Sequence record: NC_048170.1 | Direction: 5' to 3' (one strand) | Origin: Escherichia phage vB_EcoM_Goslar | Length of the DNA: 64,000 nt | Shown here: positions 18,039 through 27,705 of the stretch, piece by piece | Layout of the letters: each line of letters opens with the position of its first letter | Numbering within the stretch: the stretch's first letter is position 1 | Program-made: the position numbers and the translations under genes | Notes under the pieces: generated by a model | What the model was told of the DNA's origin: nothing | Database searches by the model: none | The model's input: only the letters and a program-made list of their open reading frames with translations

Positions 18039-18495
18039 GAATTCCTTCTAGCTCGAGGTTGTTCTCGCCGGTCTTCGGTAATAACCCACTGGCCGTTAAC
18101 ATCTGCGTCATCGAGTAGTCAAAGCACGGAAATATCAGGTTAACGGTTTCCTGGATCGCGTCAACATAACTATAAATGGCTTCATAATACTCACCGTCAT
18201 GATCTACGCTAACCAGTTCCTGACACAGTTCTTCGCTTATCATTTCATATACCGGTGGATACCACGATTGAAATGGTCGCTGCATACGTAACGACCAATA
18301 CTCGTACGTCGTATACTGAAGCACGTCATAAGCCGATACGTTAATGCGGTCGAAGAAAGCATACTTGTCCATATGCTGATACAACATCGCCAGCACGGTT
18401 TCCAAGCACACCGATATCCGCACGCCGTCATCTTTCCCGTTAAGAAAATTAGGTTTCTGCCGATAACGCACAAATGCCGACGGCTTTGATTGCAT
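18001..18495 (-). CDS. hypothetical protein (start trimmed to ATG overlapping upstream stop)
   Basis: ORF track 18001..18576; the internal ATG at 18495 (MQSKPSAF...) overlaps the stop codon of the upstream gene. Confidence 0.5.
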   Translation of the reverse strand: MQSKPSAFVRYRQKPNFLNGKDDGVRISVCLETVLAMLYQHMDKYAFFDRINVSAYDVLQYTTYEYWSLRMQRPFQSWYPPVYEMISEELCQELVSVDHDGEYYEAIYSYVDAIQETVNLIFPCFDYSMTQMLTASGLLPKTGENNLELEGIHGYVAFFNIECG

Positions 18496-19046
18496 TATTC
18501 CACCACCAACCATAACGTCATACTCGTATCTAACGTAAAATTGAAATGCCACCAATCTTCTACACGTGGAATCCACGTACGAAGGATTTGGTTAACTTCG
18601 CTTCGCATCACCGATAAACGACAACGAAAATCGAACTTCTCATCATGACCGTAGTCTTCATGCATGAAAACTTCATCCAAAACGAACTCAAGTTGCATGT
18701 CGACATCACGGCCAGAGATATTCCGTTTGTACAAATACAACTCAATCGTGTCGTAAAGCAACGTATGAATATCATAATTTCCGTTCGGTGAGAAATAAGG
18801 TAATCGCTCATCGAGCATCGAAAACAGATATTCACTGTAGTTTAATAACGGGATGATGTACCGACGCCCTGTCTGTGGTGTGCGAATATGTATCGAAACC
18901 TGACTTGGGCGCGGAATAACCGACGGCTTAGAATCGTCTCTCTGAAATTGCTCTAAAGATCGCAACAAAGGTGGCCGCATTGTAACTCTCCAACGCCCAA
19001 TTGTAAGGCCCTTCCAACATGTGTTCCCATACGTGAATAAACTCAC
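18495..19046 (-). CDS. hypothetical protein (start uncertain)
   Basis: 183-aa ORF; N-terminus overlaps the upstream ORF by 118 nt, so the real start is probably internal (e.g. MRPPLL at 18980). Confidence 0.45.
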   Translation of the reverse strand: MSLFTYGNTCWKGLTIGRWRVTMRPPLLRSLEQFQRDDSKPSVIPRPSQVSIHIRTPQTGRRYIIPLLNYSEYLFSMLDERLPYFSPNGNYDIHTLLYDTIELYLYKRNISGRDVDMQLEFVLDEVFMHEDYGHDEKFDFRCRLSVMRSEVNQILRTWIPRVEDWWHFNFTLDTSMTLWLVVE

Positions 19047-19557
19047 TACCGAAGACAGGCTCTAGTGCCATAGTGAGATTCGTAAGTTCTGACGCGGCCG
19101 CATGGTAAGCATCAACATGTCTTTCCATTGACGGATCGTCTTCATTGAAAATACGTTCTGTATCGCCAGCGCGCTCAATAAGTTCGGTAATGAGATCTGT
19201 CCATGTCTCGTGACACGTCATCATTTCCTGTTCTCGACTTAGTATGCCGATGTCTGCGTGGACGCTGGACTCGAACCGGTCTAAAAGGACCCGAAGAACG
19301 TGCACCTTGTCGATGTATTTCACCGTTATCCAGGAAAGCGGTTGCCACCGACTCAGCATCCATCCGGTACTCGGGAACCCCAAACTCATATAGTACGGGT
19401 TGCACCGGACCGAAGACGGAGCGACGTTGTTTAAATCGCTCCTTAAGGGCAAGGCCTTGTTTAATATAAACGGGTTCATTGGCGAGCTGTTCCGCTTTTC
19501 GTTTTGCGTGAGCCAATCGAAGTTCTTCCAATTGCCCAAGCCATTCAAATTGTTCAT
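18928..19557 (-). CDS. hypothetical protein, 3' part of a possible frameshifted gene
   Basis: Protein-like from about WITVKYIDKVHVLRVLLDRF (near 19332) onward; the N-terminal 76 codons look like out-of-frame translation. Confidence 0.45.
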   Translation of the reverse strand: MNNLNGLGNWKNFDWLTQNEKRNSSPMNPFILNKALPLRSDLNNVAPSSVRCNPYYMSLGFPSTGWMLSRWQPLSWITVKYIDKVHVLRVLLDRFESSVHADIGILSREQEMMTCHETWTDLITELIERAGDTERIFNEDDPSMERHVDAYHAAASELTNLTMALEPVFGSEFIHVWEHMLEGPYNWALESYNAATFVAIFRAISERRF

Positions 19558-20152
19558 CTGTTAGCTCCTGGGGACGTTCAACAATCGCGCCAGATGGGCA
19601 GACATTGATCGTGATGTTAATTGACGGCATCGCCATCACTCGAGGATTACTATTACGTACGCGGACAACGTGTTCGGTTGCTGATTTACGATCGACGCAA
19701 TACTCTGTTTCTTGGAACTCAAATGCTTTTAACGGTGTTGGTTTTGTTTGACGTTTAGGAACGCGGCCAAGATCGACAATATAGGCATAATCGCACACAC
19801 GTTCTATTCCGTAAATACGGTTATCCGACCAGTTCTTACCAAACAGCTTGTTGTGATGATAAGACAAATATTCGGTTACCATACCCTGGACAACATCGAA
19901 GTCTTCTCGAAATTCAGGTTGGTACCAAATCGGGCCGAGAATATCTGCGAACGATTCATGACGATATCGAGGATCATGTCGAGTCCAGGTCATTCTCTGA
20001 TTAAGATCGAAATCCACCAACAACTCGGTTAATTGCAATTTTTCCTTCGGAGAAAGCTGGCGTTGATGATGCAAACTCAGGCAATCGATAAGCGGTAATG
20101 AAACCCACGATGCTAATGTGTACAAATCGATCCTGGCTAATCTCTTGGTCAT
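19175..20152 (-). CDS. hypothetical protein, 5' part of a possible frameshifted gene
   Basis: 325-aa ORF; protein-like to about ...VATAFLDNGE, then an Arg-rich tail (RPVRVQRPRRHRHTKSR) typical of out-of-frame reading. Confidence 0.5.
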   Translation of the reverse strand: MTKRLARIDLYTLASWVSLPLIDCLSLHHQRQLSPKEKLQLTELLVDFDLNQRMTWTRHDPRYRHESFADILGPIWYQPEFREDFDVVQGMVTEYLSYHHNKLFGKNWSDNRIYGIERVCDYAYIVDLGRVPKRQTKPTPLKAFEFQETEYCVDRKSATEHVVRVRNSNPRVMAMPSINITINVCPSGAIVERPQELTDEQFEWLGQLEELRLAHAKRKAEQLANEPVYIKQGLALKERFKQRRSVFGPVQPVLYEFGVPEYRMDAESVATAFLDNGEIHRQGARSSGPFRPVRVQRPRRHRHTKSRTGNDDVSRDMDRSHYRTY

Positions 20153-20243
20153 ACTCTTTTCCTAAGTCCCCATTGTTTATACACACGATATCTGGGAATA
20201 GTTAAAATATACGGCGTAAAACGAAGCAGGAGAGTTTCTGACG

Positions 20244-20564
20244 TCATTTTCTCCCTCTTCGAATACCACCGATACCTCTTTCGTCTAAGACGTCCCAAGC
20301 ACGCTTTATTTCATCCTCCGTTGCTCTGGTATCTGGAGGGACAACCATAACACAGTCGTGGAATGGCCAATGTGTAGGTCTGGGGTTAGCGAACAAATCA
20401 TCCCATTCAAATGTCCATTCTTTCTTTGAGCGATTGTAGTAGAGCGTAAGGTACGTGTTGGTATACGCCGGATAACCACGCATAACTTCAATATCCTTAC
20501 GATCTTGCCGTTCCTGATTCCAATCGTTAAACCGCTTTCTTATTTTCTCCCACCACTTTCCCAT
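20244..20564 (-). CDS. hypothetical protein
   Basis: 106-aa ORF. Confidence 0.55.
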   Translation of the reverse strand: MGKWWEKIRKRFNDWNQERQDRKDIEVMRGYPAYTNTYLTLYYNRSKKEWTFEWDDLFANPRPTHWPFHDCVMVVPPDTRATEDEIKRAWDVLDERGIGGIRRGRK

Positions 20565-20617
20565 GCTTTCTCCTACACGGCATAAAAGCCTGCCCCGAAG
20601 GACAGGCTCGATAGAAC

Positions 20618-20818
20618 TTAATAACCATCCAATTTCAATGAAGGATGGTTGACGATATGTGCGTGTTTTGCTGGGTCATATAGCTGATATGGAAAATAGC
20701 CATGCCATTGACGGCCTTGGCATTTCGTACACAGGAACTGACCAACACCTTGTCGATTCTCGTAAGCGAGTTCGGTACTATCAACATGTCCGCAACGTTC
20801 GCAGATAAACAGCGACAT
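20618..20818 (-). CDS. small zinc-ribbon protein
   Basis: 66-aa ORF with CERCGH...CTKCQG (two CxxC pairs). Confidence 0.5.
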   Translation of the reverse strand: MSLFICERCGHVDSTELAYENRQGVGQFLCTKCQGRQWHGYFPYQLYDPAKHAHIVNHPSLKLDGY

Positions 20819-20855
20819 AGCGCATCCCCATTCACTTGAACCTTTTGGTTCGGCA

Positions 20856-21836
20856 TTAGAAAAGCAAGAAACCGCTATTCTTCGCTTCCGCTACAGTTTC
20901 GTCACCAACTTTCGGTGCTTGTTGACGTGCGTTACGATGTTCGATGTAACGTTTCGCTTCGTCAGCGATTTGTTTGATAATACCCCCTAAACGATCGGTA
21001 CTTAAAACAAACGACGTCGCTTCACGAATCGGGCTGCTTTCAGGCACAAAACCATCACAGCTATAAATAGCGCTAACACCCATGACTTTTGTCGCGTCTT
21101 TCGGATAAAGCGTACAGAAAGCAATCGGGCTATCGTTCTCTTTCGTCCATTCGTATCCCATGAACGTATTCAGTTCGGTGATCGTCGGTTCCAAACCGGT
21201 AACACGTGGATGGTTTAAGAAGTTTTCCAGGTCGGCGCTGTCAAGACGACGGTTCTCGCCAGAAAACAGAACACAAAGCTGGCTAATAACAACCTGCACG
21301 TCCAGGTTGACATCCTGCTCCGATTTCCCATTTTCGCCATTCATGTGATAGCTAACAATCACTGGACGTTTCAACCCTTCTGCAGCCGCCATCAGTCCTT
21401 TGAAGGTGCGATCGGCGTTGATCGTCTGGCGCTCATCATCGAACGAGGCAACGATACAACACACCACACGTTCACCGCGTTCCAGCAGGTTAGCAACCAA
21501 CGCAGGACCGGCAACAGAACCTGAACCACCGCTCAAACTAAAGACCACGATATTAAATTTACCTGGCGTATGCTTATTGAGAATACCTGGGATTTGTGAA
21601 CAGATCAGTTCAGCGTTCTCATCACGCTTCTTACCAGAACCGTCTAACTCACGACCAGCTGCATCTTTAAAGATGTAAATATGATCGTCGCCCAGTGTGC
21701 TATCGCGTAGGTTAGCGCGGCTGGTATCAACATACGTCATGCTGTGTAATCCTTTCGCGACTTCGCCTTCAAATGCTGAGCCGATTTCGCCACCACAACC
21801 ACCGACAGCCCAAATATGTACTTGGTTCTCTTGCAT
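20856..21836 (-). CDS. phuZ: PhuZ-like phage tubulin (FtsZ/tubulin superfamily)
   Basis: 326-aa ORF with nucleotide-binding loop VGGCGGEIGSAF and tubulin signature FSLSGGSGSVAG (GGGTGSG-type), plus a C-terminal tail; size matches PhuZ (about 315 aa). Confidence 0.7.
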   Translation of the reverse strand: MQENQVHIWAVGGCGGEIGSAFEGEVAKGLHSMTYVDTSRANLRDSTLGDDHIYIFKDAAGRELDGSGKKRDENAELICSQIPGILNKHTPGKFNIVVFSLSGGSGSVAGPALVANLLERGERVVCCIVASFDDERQTINADRTFKGLMAAAEGLKRPVIVSYHMNGENGKSEQDVNLDVQVVISQLCVLFSGENRRLDSADLENFLNHPRVTGLEPTITELNTFMGYEWTKENDSPIAFCTLYPKDATKVMGVSAIYSCDGFVPESSPIREATSFVLSTDRLGGIIKQIADEAKRYIEHRNARQQAPKVGDETVAEAKNSGFLLF

Positions 21837-21900
21837 GTGAACTCCTAATTTAATATGTATTTAACGCACAATGAATCTTTCTTTGCTAAAGGGGTGACCC

Positions 21901-22743
21901 ATGGGTGCTATTGACTACAGTGTAGATCGTATCTGTCGTACAATACCGGCAGACATCCTACAGTATTGCTATATCGATCGCTACGACTGGCGTAATCGCT
22001 ATCCTCGTTCCGTAGAAGACATCATTACCGATTGGGTAATCCGTAAACGGGTTATCGGCGACATCGATATCTACGGGGGACTACAAACCGTTATTCCCCT
22101 TGATGATGCCGGTGTCACTATCGAAGAAGTCACCATCAACTGTTATGTTTTCCACATTCCGTTGGAAGCCACGCAGGGACGTTATATCACGTCTGCATTA
22201 TCCATTATCTCAGGGAGCGTGAACAACTACGGAATAAACTATAACGGGCAATGGGGCGCTTTCAACCAAACCCAATTTCAACGTCAGCTTTGTGGGTGGA
22301 ACCCCGCAAGCAACACGTTACAGCAAGGGATGAACGCGTTCGGTCCCATGAACGTTCTTAGTACAGCCAACGTTGATATCATCGCACCTAACACCATCAT
22401 GGTGAACAACGTCACGCCGGTACAATTTCCCCTGAGCCTACGCTGTTTCCTTGCCCACGATCCGGAACTTACCAACCTCAGCATGGAGGTTTGGAACGAC
22501 TTCTACAAACTCTGTTTATACGCCACACAAAGTGACATCTACAACAGAACCGTTATCCGTCTCGATAGAGGTGTTACAGCACAAGGACAAGAAGTCGGTG
22601 CATTCAAGGAATACATCGATCGCTTTGCCGATGCTGAAAACACATATCAGGAATTCCTGAACGAAACGTGGGCTGGCGTTGCTGCCTGGAACGATCCACA
22701 AACTAAACGTCGCGCCATTCGACTACAAACCGGTTACTTCTGA
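21901..22743 (+). CDS. hypothetical protein
   Basis: 280-aa plus-strand ORF. Confidence 0.6.
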   Translation: MGAIDYSVDRICRTIPADILQYCYIDRYDWRNRYPRSVEDIITDWVIRKRVIGDIDIYGGLQTVIPLDDAGVTIEEVTINCYVFHIPLEATQGRYITSALSIISGSVNNYGINYNGQWGAFNQTQFQRQLCGWNPASNTLQQGMNAFGPMNVLSTANVDIIAPNTIMVNNVTPVQFPLSLRCFLAHDPELTNLSMEVWNDFYKLCLYATQSDIYNRTVIRLDRGVTAQGQEVGAFKEYIDRFADAENTYQEFLNETWAGVAAWNDPQTKRRAIRLQTGYF

Positions 22744-23270
22744 TTAACGACAGCTTCCTCCCTCGGCGTTTTCGAGGGAGGTATTTGCCGTTTGAACACT
22801 TTCAGCATGTTCGCAAAATCAGCAGCAATAATACAGGCCGAGCTTGATAGCTTATTGCTGAAAATGAGATCGTCCGGTAAACAATCGAACTGAATACCGT
22901 ATTGCGTCTTTGTCTCATCAACGATCAATGATGGTGTCGATCTTGTCTTCGCGATGTCGGTGATATACAAACGTAAAAATAATTCACCGTCTTCGCTATC
23001 CATAAAACGATAAGCGTTACCAGAAAACGCAGCATGCGGCGTAACGATAAATTGAACACGATCGTCGGTCGGATGGATATTTAACCAACGTTCGATATCA
23101 TTACTACTCACATTTCGCATATTTACTACGGTAAAAGCAAATAGCGTATCGTGATGTTTGGAATAATGCAGCACATACGCCGCATCTTTCTTTCCGTGAA
23201 TCCCTTCAATGTATTCTATTGTCGTATAGCCGGATTTATATAGCTTTACTTGCGGTTTATCACTCATCAT
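22734..23270 (-). CDS. hypothetical protein (start trimmed to ATGATGA overlap)
   Basis: ORF track 22734..23351; tandem ATGs at 23270/23267 overlap the TGA stop of the upstream gene (minus strand reads ATGATGA). Confidence 0.55.
   Translation of the reverse strand: MMSDKPQVKLYKSGYTTIEYIEGIHGKKDAAYVLHYSKHHDTLFAFTVVNMRNVSSNDIERWLNIHPTDDRVQFIVTPHAAFSGNAYRFMDSEDGELFLRLYITDIAKTRSTPSLIVDETKTQYGIQFDCLPDDLIFSNKLSSSACIIAADFANMLKVFKRQIPPSKTPREEAVVNQK
22757..22781. terminator. GC-rich hairpin at convergent gene ends
   Basis: cctccctcg-gcgtttt-cgagggagg; overlaps the last codons of the minus gene and follows the plus gene ending at 22743. Confidence 0.4.
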
Positions 23271-23566
23271 AACAACCCTTCCCGTTTCATCGCGGCACGC
23301 ATACTTGCGTAAAGCGCATTCTTCATTGCACCCGGACGCAACGGATAACAAATCTCATATCGACGTCCTTGTTTTACAGCAATTTTCCTTCCGTTCAGAA
23401 ACAACGTGCCGTTATCCAGCAACAACTCACCTTGTAGTACCATGAGTCCTGCTTTAACATGACGTCCTTCTTCTTTAGTTAAGACCTTATAGCCGTGTTT
23501 ATCCAATAACCACAATTCGTAGATACCGTGCGCAGCCTTCGGCATTACTTTCTTCTTCGTCGTCAT
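23267..23566 (-). CDS. hypothetical protein
   Basis: 99-aa ORF. Confidence 0.55.
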   Translation of the reverse strand: MTTKKKVMPKAAHGIYELWLLDKHGYKVLTKEEGRHVKAGLMVLQGELLLDNGTLFLNGRKIAVKQGRRYEICYPLRPGAMKNALYASMRAAMKREGLL

Positions 23567-23578
23567 GGAAGATCCTCC

Positions 23579-23953
23579 TTAAACTCCTTGTCGGATCATC
23601 ACCAACCGGAGCATGTTGTATTCCAATGTAGCGCTTTCTAATTCGAATTCATATCGATACCAGAAATTCGGCTCTAATTGACCTACAACACATTTACGAA
23701 CATCTGTCTGCACCTTCCTCGACAACACCTGTAACAGTTGTGTTATCTCCGGCTTGAAGTAATACGCCAAACCTAACTGATCAGAATAAAACAGGCCACA
23801 ATCAAAGATGGCCTGTAAAATAACATATTCAACCATCAGGTGACGCGCATCGGGGTCAGGGAATGGCGAACGTAAAGCGAGGTCTAACACATCGACAATT
23901 GGGCCGACATAAATGGCGGCACGGTACTCACGAATAACACTGATGTTATCCAT
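23579..23953 (-). CDS. hypothetical protein
   Basis: 124-aa ORF. Confidence 0.55.
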   Translation of the reverse strand: MDNISVIREYRAAIYVGPIVDVLDLALRSPFPDPDARHLMVEYVILQAIFDCGLFYSDQLGLAYYFKPEITQLLQVLSRKVQTDVRKCVVGQLEPNFWYRYEFELESATLEYNMLRLVMIRQGV

Positions 23954-23966
23954 GATAACCTATTCG

Positions 23967-24791
23967 TTAACTGTCGCTTTCTGATGTATCGACGTAGTTG
24001 AAAATACGATCCCGTAAACACTCGTAACGAGGCAACGCACTAAGAATGATCATCTTCAGCTGCATCGCGATCGATACACGTTCTTCATCCGACGCATCGT
24101 CTCCCCATTTACCCGGCTTAACCTGAATGGGTTCGTGCGGATCCTGCGGGAATATAAAACTTAACAACAGATAATCCGTACGGAACTCCCATACTTCTCG
24201 ACCGTCGTTATCGGTTTCTTTACGCAACGTGAAGAGTTGGCGTTCGGTGGTTGGATCCAGCATCAGCGGTCGGCCACGAACAATCTCCAGTTTACGTGGG
24301 CTGACGAACGTCGTACGTTCAGGAAGGTATTTTTCAACATCATCCGTATCCAACAAGAACAAAATGATATCGTCGAAATACTTCGGTGCGTACGTGTGTA
24401 TCGGTTCGCCGTCGCTATACGAAGAGATCTCTTGAAGTATTGGTGTCTTACACGAAAAGTTCTGGCACGAACCACGGGTTATCGGTAAGGTGGTCCATTG
24501 ATGTTCTGTAGACAATTCAACAGGCACCAACGGATAATCATCGATGAAGACCACGCACGTTGTACTAATGGGTATTCTTCCATCATTACCTGGTTCAAAA
24601 ACCAAACGTATCTTACCGGTAATCAGCGCCATCTCATCTGGCATTAAATGGCTTGCTGAACGAGCAAGTCTGAAACCGCTCGCCTGTTTATAAGGTTCGG
24701 GTTTATAGCCACGGACAATAAGAGAGACATCCGCAAGTTCAACGCTCACGAATACATCTTTGGTGTCTTCATTGTTCGTCGTTAACGTCAT
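23967..24791 (-). CDS. hypothetical protein
   Basis: 274-aa ORF. Confidence 0.6.
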   Translation of the reverse strand: MTLTTNNEDTKDVFVSVELADVSLIVRGYKPEPYKQASGFRLARSASHLMPDEMALITGKIRLVFEPGNDGRIPISTTCVVFIDDYPLVPVELSTEHQWTTLPITRGSCQNFSCKTPILQEISSYSDGEPIHTYAPKYFDDIILFLLDTDDVEKYLPERTTFVSPRKLEIVRGRPLMLDPTTERQLFTLRKETDNDGREVWEFRTDYLLLSFIFPQDPHEPIQVKPGKWGDDASDEERVSIAMQLKMIILSALPRYECLRDRIFNYVDTSESDS

Positions 24792-25806
24792 TGTTCATTT
24801 TCTCCATTGCAACAAATCGTTCAAGCTCGCGTAATAAACGCTCTTTTAACGCAGTATCAACTTCCGGAGCATGTTTATCACGATACCACTCTGTCCCGTT
24901 GTATTGCAGGCTAACGTGCCATGTTCCTAACGGGCTTTCCTCTGCAGCAGCAATGAAATTCTTAACGCCGGTTTTGGTAGGATACTCCATGATAGGAACA
25001 GCCTGCTTCAGATCCATTACGGTAAGATCCTGGAAGTTATAATCCAGAAGCGTTAATGCACGTTTGTCGCGTAACAGTAACCCGCAATCTAAGATAGTGA
25101 AATCGATACCCCAAAATTGTAGCTTACCACCCGTACTGATAGGAATATGACCGCGATAGACCGCGAGATAGATCTCCCCTTTATCGGTTTCTTTATTGTA
25201 TCCTGCGATGAATGCTGCGGTAATTAACGGCTGATCGCCTTTCGCAAAGAAAACAGGATGCGTACGATAAAGCCAATCATTACGAATTAAATCTGATACT
25301 TGACCTAAACGTGCCGTAGGCACCATTGTCGATCCTAAGTCACCATTACTAACTTCGAATTGGTAATATTCAAACAGAACACCGTCGACTTCTTCTTTGG
25401 CGTATGGCTCACGAGCCGGGTTAGCGAGTAGGTAACGCAACTTGCTATCGATTTCGGTTACGCGTTCCTCATGGGTATCCATACGACTAGCGACGACGAA
25501 AGCGGCCAGATTACGTACGCTAAGGAACACGTCGTCTTTCTCTTGGTCAGTTAGCCCTTCTTCATCTGCTATCGTTGTCCAATGCAGTGGTCCCTCCACC
25601 ATCTTTAACCATTTGTCTTCACGTTCTGGGTAAACAAAGGGTTTATGTACAGGAACATTGGTATGCTGAACGCGCAATAGTAACGAACAAGGGGATTGCA
25701 TTATCGACTCCCATGGCACTATACCACTCGTGACAGCGATGACGTGACGATTAAGAACAAGAGAAGCTGAATAGGTGATGTTATCTAATCCTGGTAATTG
25801 ATCCAT
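24769..25806 (-). CDS. hypothetical protein
   Basis: 345-aa ORF; AAGGA RBS; AT-rich region upstream. Confidence 0.6.
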   Translation of the reverse strand: MDQLPGLDNITYSASLVLNRHVIAVTSGIVPWESIMQSPCSLLLRVQHTNVPVHKPFVYPEREDKWLKMVEGPLHWTTIADEEGLTDQEKDDVFLSVRNLAAFVVASRMDTHEERVTEIDSKLRYLLANPAREPYAKEEVDGVLFEYYQFEVSNGDLGSTMVPTARLGQVSDLIRNDWLYRTHPVFFAKGDQPLITAAFIAGYNKETDKGEIYLAVYRGHIPISTGGKLQFWGIDFTILDCGLLLRDKRALTLLDYNFQDLTVMDLKQAVPIMEYPTKTGVKNFIAAAEESPLGTWHVSLQYNGTEWYRDKHAPEVDTALKERLLRELERFVAMEKMNNDVNDEQ

Positions 25807-26040
25807 GATAGGAATCCTTAGTATGTTTGATATGTTGTTTAATTGACATATTAAGTTTAAAAGAGGTTATGTTTTACGTAATGTTAATAACGTATTCTTA
25901 TCTCTATTAAGTTATGTTCTATCTAAAGATAGTAAACAGATATAATGCTCCCCACCTCCCCATTCTCCCAAGTAATACTGGCCTACCGGCCCTCTCCTTT
26001 TTAAGGGAGAGAGTAAGCATTCAGTATTGCTCAAATGAAT
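25807..26040 (-). promoter_or_regulatory. AT-rich intergenic region, putative promoter region for the 24769..25806 operon
   Basis: About 230 nt of AT-rich non-coding sequence with repeated ttaagtt/taatg motifs immediately upstream (minus sense) of a gene start and downstream of a terminator hairpin. No consensus asserted. Confidence 0.3.
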
Positions 26041-26085
26041 AAGCAAAACAGTATAAACTTACCGTCTCGAGACAACTCGAGACGG
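26041..26085 (-). terminator. rho-independent terminator
   Basis: Perfect hairpin ccgtctcgag-acaa-ctcgagacgg (26062..26085) followed on the minus strand by UAAGUUUAUACUGUUUUGCUU; downstream of the gene ending at 26115. Confidence 0.55.
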
Positions 26086-26114
26086 CGTAGTAGTATCTGT
26101 TTATCTCTTTTATG

Positions 26115-26468
26115 CTAACAGCCTATTTCTGCATGAACCTTTAACGATTCGAATACATCTTCCTTCTTTGTCATCGTCTTGTATAAACGCGATTGAGCGA
26201 TGATCTTTATCCATTGTTGGGGATCGTGTAAATTCACATTTTCAAAACGGGGTGGGGTATTATCTCCGTCGAGTCGGATATACCCTAAGAGCAATCCTTC
26301 ATGGTCTCCTCGACGGATTTCGATATGTGGTTTGAGGAAGACACGATTGTCTGGTGGATACCAGCTTACGGTGTAGTAATGGTTTCCTGAAACAACGAAT
26401 TCGTGAACGATTTTTGTCTCATCGTCAATGACCGCATTTACGCTGGGAATCATTAATTTTTGAAGCAT
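26115..26468 (-). CDS. hypothetical protein
   Basis: 117-aa ORF. Confidence 0.6.
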   Translation of the reverse strand: MLQKLMIPSVNAVIDDETKIVHEFVVSGNHYYTVSWYPPDNRVFLKPHIEIRRGDHEGLLLGYIRLDGDNTPPRFENVNLHDPQQWIKIIAQSRLYKTMTKKEDVFESLKVHAEIGC

Positions 26469-27052
26469 GGGACATAAACCTCCATCAACATCGCATAAAG
26501 CGCACCAAGCCCATGCAGGACTTGGTTAGGTGCAAAGGTCGGAGTGTAACATACTTGTTCGGTTGGTGCTTGTTGACGTAAGTCTAACGGATCTCCGTTG
26601 ATAAGCATCTGCAGGAGATCAGCATCATCTTGCAATGTGTCTTCATCGATATACGCATCAACACAAAGCAGTCGGTGTAACTGTTCGGGTTTAATTGAAA
26701 TACCTACAACCATGCAGTTGTTGTAGGTGGCGTTGTCCAGAAAGAAGTGGATGACGCCTGCTTGAGGATCGCCACCGTAGTGAAGCCAACGCGTAAAACC
26801 AGCCGACATCATCCATAGCGGGTTGTGTTGTAACGCACTGACGACACGGGTCTCGAAATCCAAACCAAACTTCTGGAAGATTGCACCCATCTGGAAACGA
26901 TCTTCATCGAGACGGTAGCGGAATATACAGGCATCCGATCCCGTTGAGTTATCGTACACCGAAAGATACCCACGATGGATTTCCACGGTAACATTGTTAT
27001 CGTCAAGCGTAGCGCTCGCAACGCCGTTAGAAAAGGTTGGAACAAAGCTCAT
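26453..27052 (-). CDS. hypothetical protein
   Basis: 199-aa ORF. Confidence 0.6.
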   Translation of the reverse strand: MSFVPTFSNGVASATLDDNNVTVEIHRGYLSVYDNSTGSDACIFRYRLDEDRFQMGAIFQKFGLDFETRVVSALQHNPLWMMSAGFTRWLHYGGDPQAGVIHFFLDNATYNNCMVVGISIKPEQLHRLLCVDAYIDEDTLQDDADLLQMLINGDPLDLRQQAPTEQVCYTPTFAPNQVLHGLGALYAMLMEVYVPCFKN

Positions 27053-27600
27053 CTTGTAATCCTTAATTTACCTGAATGAATTATCGTTGATGGGTCCACG
27101 ACGCGACCATATTTCGCGTTACGTAATACACGATGCCCAAAGAAGTCAGCGGTTTCCAAAACAACCGTATAACAACCCAGCTGATGTTGATGTCCCCAAA
27201 ACCGTTCAATGGGAATCCAGCAGGGCGACATGCCTTTGTGTCGCCAATCCGTAACACAGCCGAATTCAGCAAACTGTTCAGTAAACCACTCGTCAATGTC
27301 GGTATCCGTAAAGAGAAACACGTGGTTTTTAACCAGATAAGCGAACCCAGGATAAAAAAGCTGAGGGTCATCTGGGTCACGGAGATAAACACGAAGTTTG
27401 TCTAGCGTACCCTCGACAACGATCGTATCGGGTAATCCCGGCGGCGTGAACCGAAGTTGGAAGTTATCCTCGTTTGCCGAGGCGTTAACCAAATACCCCA
27501 ATTGAAGGGGCCGATGCAATTCGAAAAGGTTAAACGTTAATGCATATTCGATATACTCTAATCCTATATTCATGTCTGACCTATGTGGTATGGACGGCAT
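27049..27600 (-). CDS. hypothetical protein
   Basis: 183-aa ORF; ATGA start/stop overlap with the downstream gene. Confidence 0.6.
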   Translation of the reverse strand: MPSIPHRSDMNIGLEYIEYALTFNLFELHRPLQLGYLVNASANEDNFQLRFTPPGLPDTIVVEGTLDKLRVYLRDPDDPQLFYPGFAYLVKNHVFLFTDTDIDEWFTEQFAEFGCVTDWRHKGMSPCWIPIERFWGHQHQLGCYTVVLETADFFGHRVLRNAKYGRVVDPSTIIHSGKLRITR

Positions 27601-27705
27601 TGCATTGCCTTCCGCGAGTGTAATCAGGAAGGTAATGTAGGTTTATTTTAATCTCCATTTCGCGATGATATGACAGTCTTTATTACGTTTACCATCTGAG
27701 GGAGC

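Noticed and set aside
20635-20856. 73-aa ORF overlapping the zinc-ribbon gene in another frame
   Set aside because: The alternative frame 20618..20818 encodes a two-CxxC-pair zinc ribbon, whereas this frame has no recognisable features.
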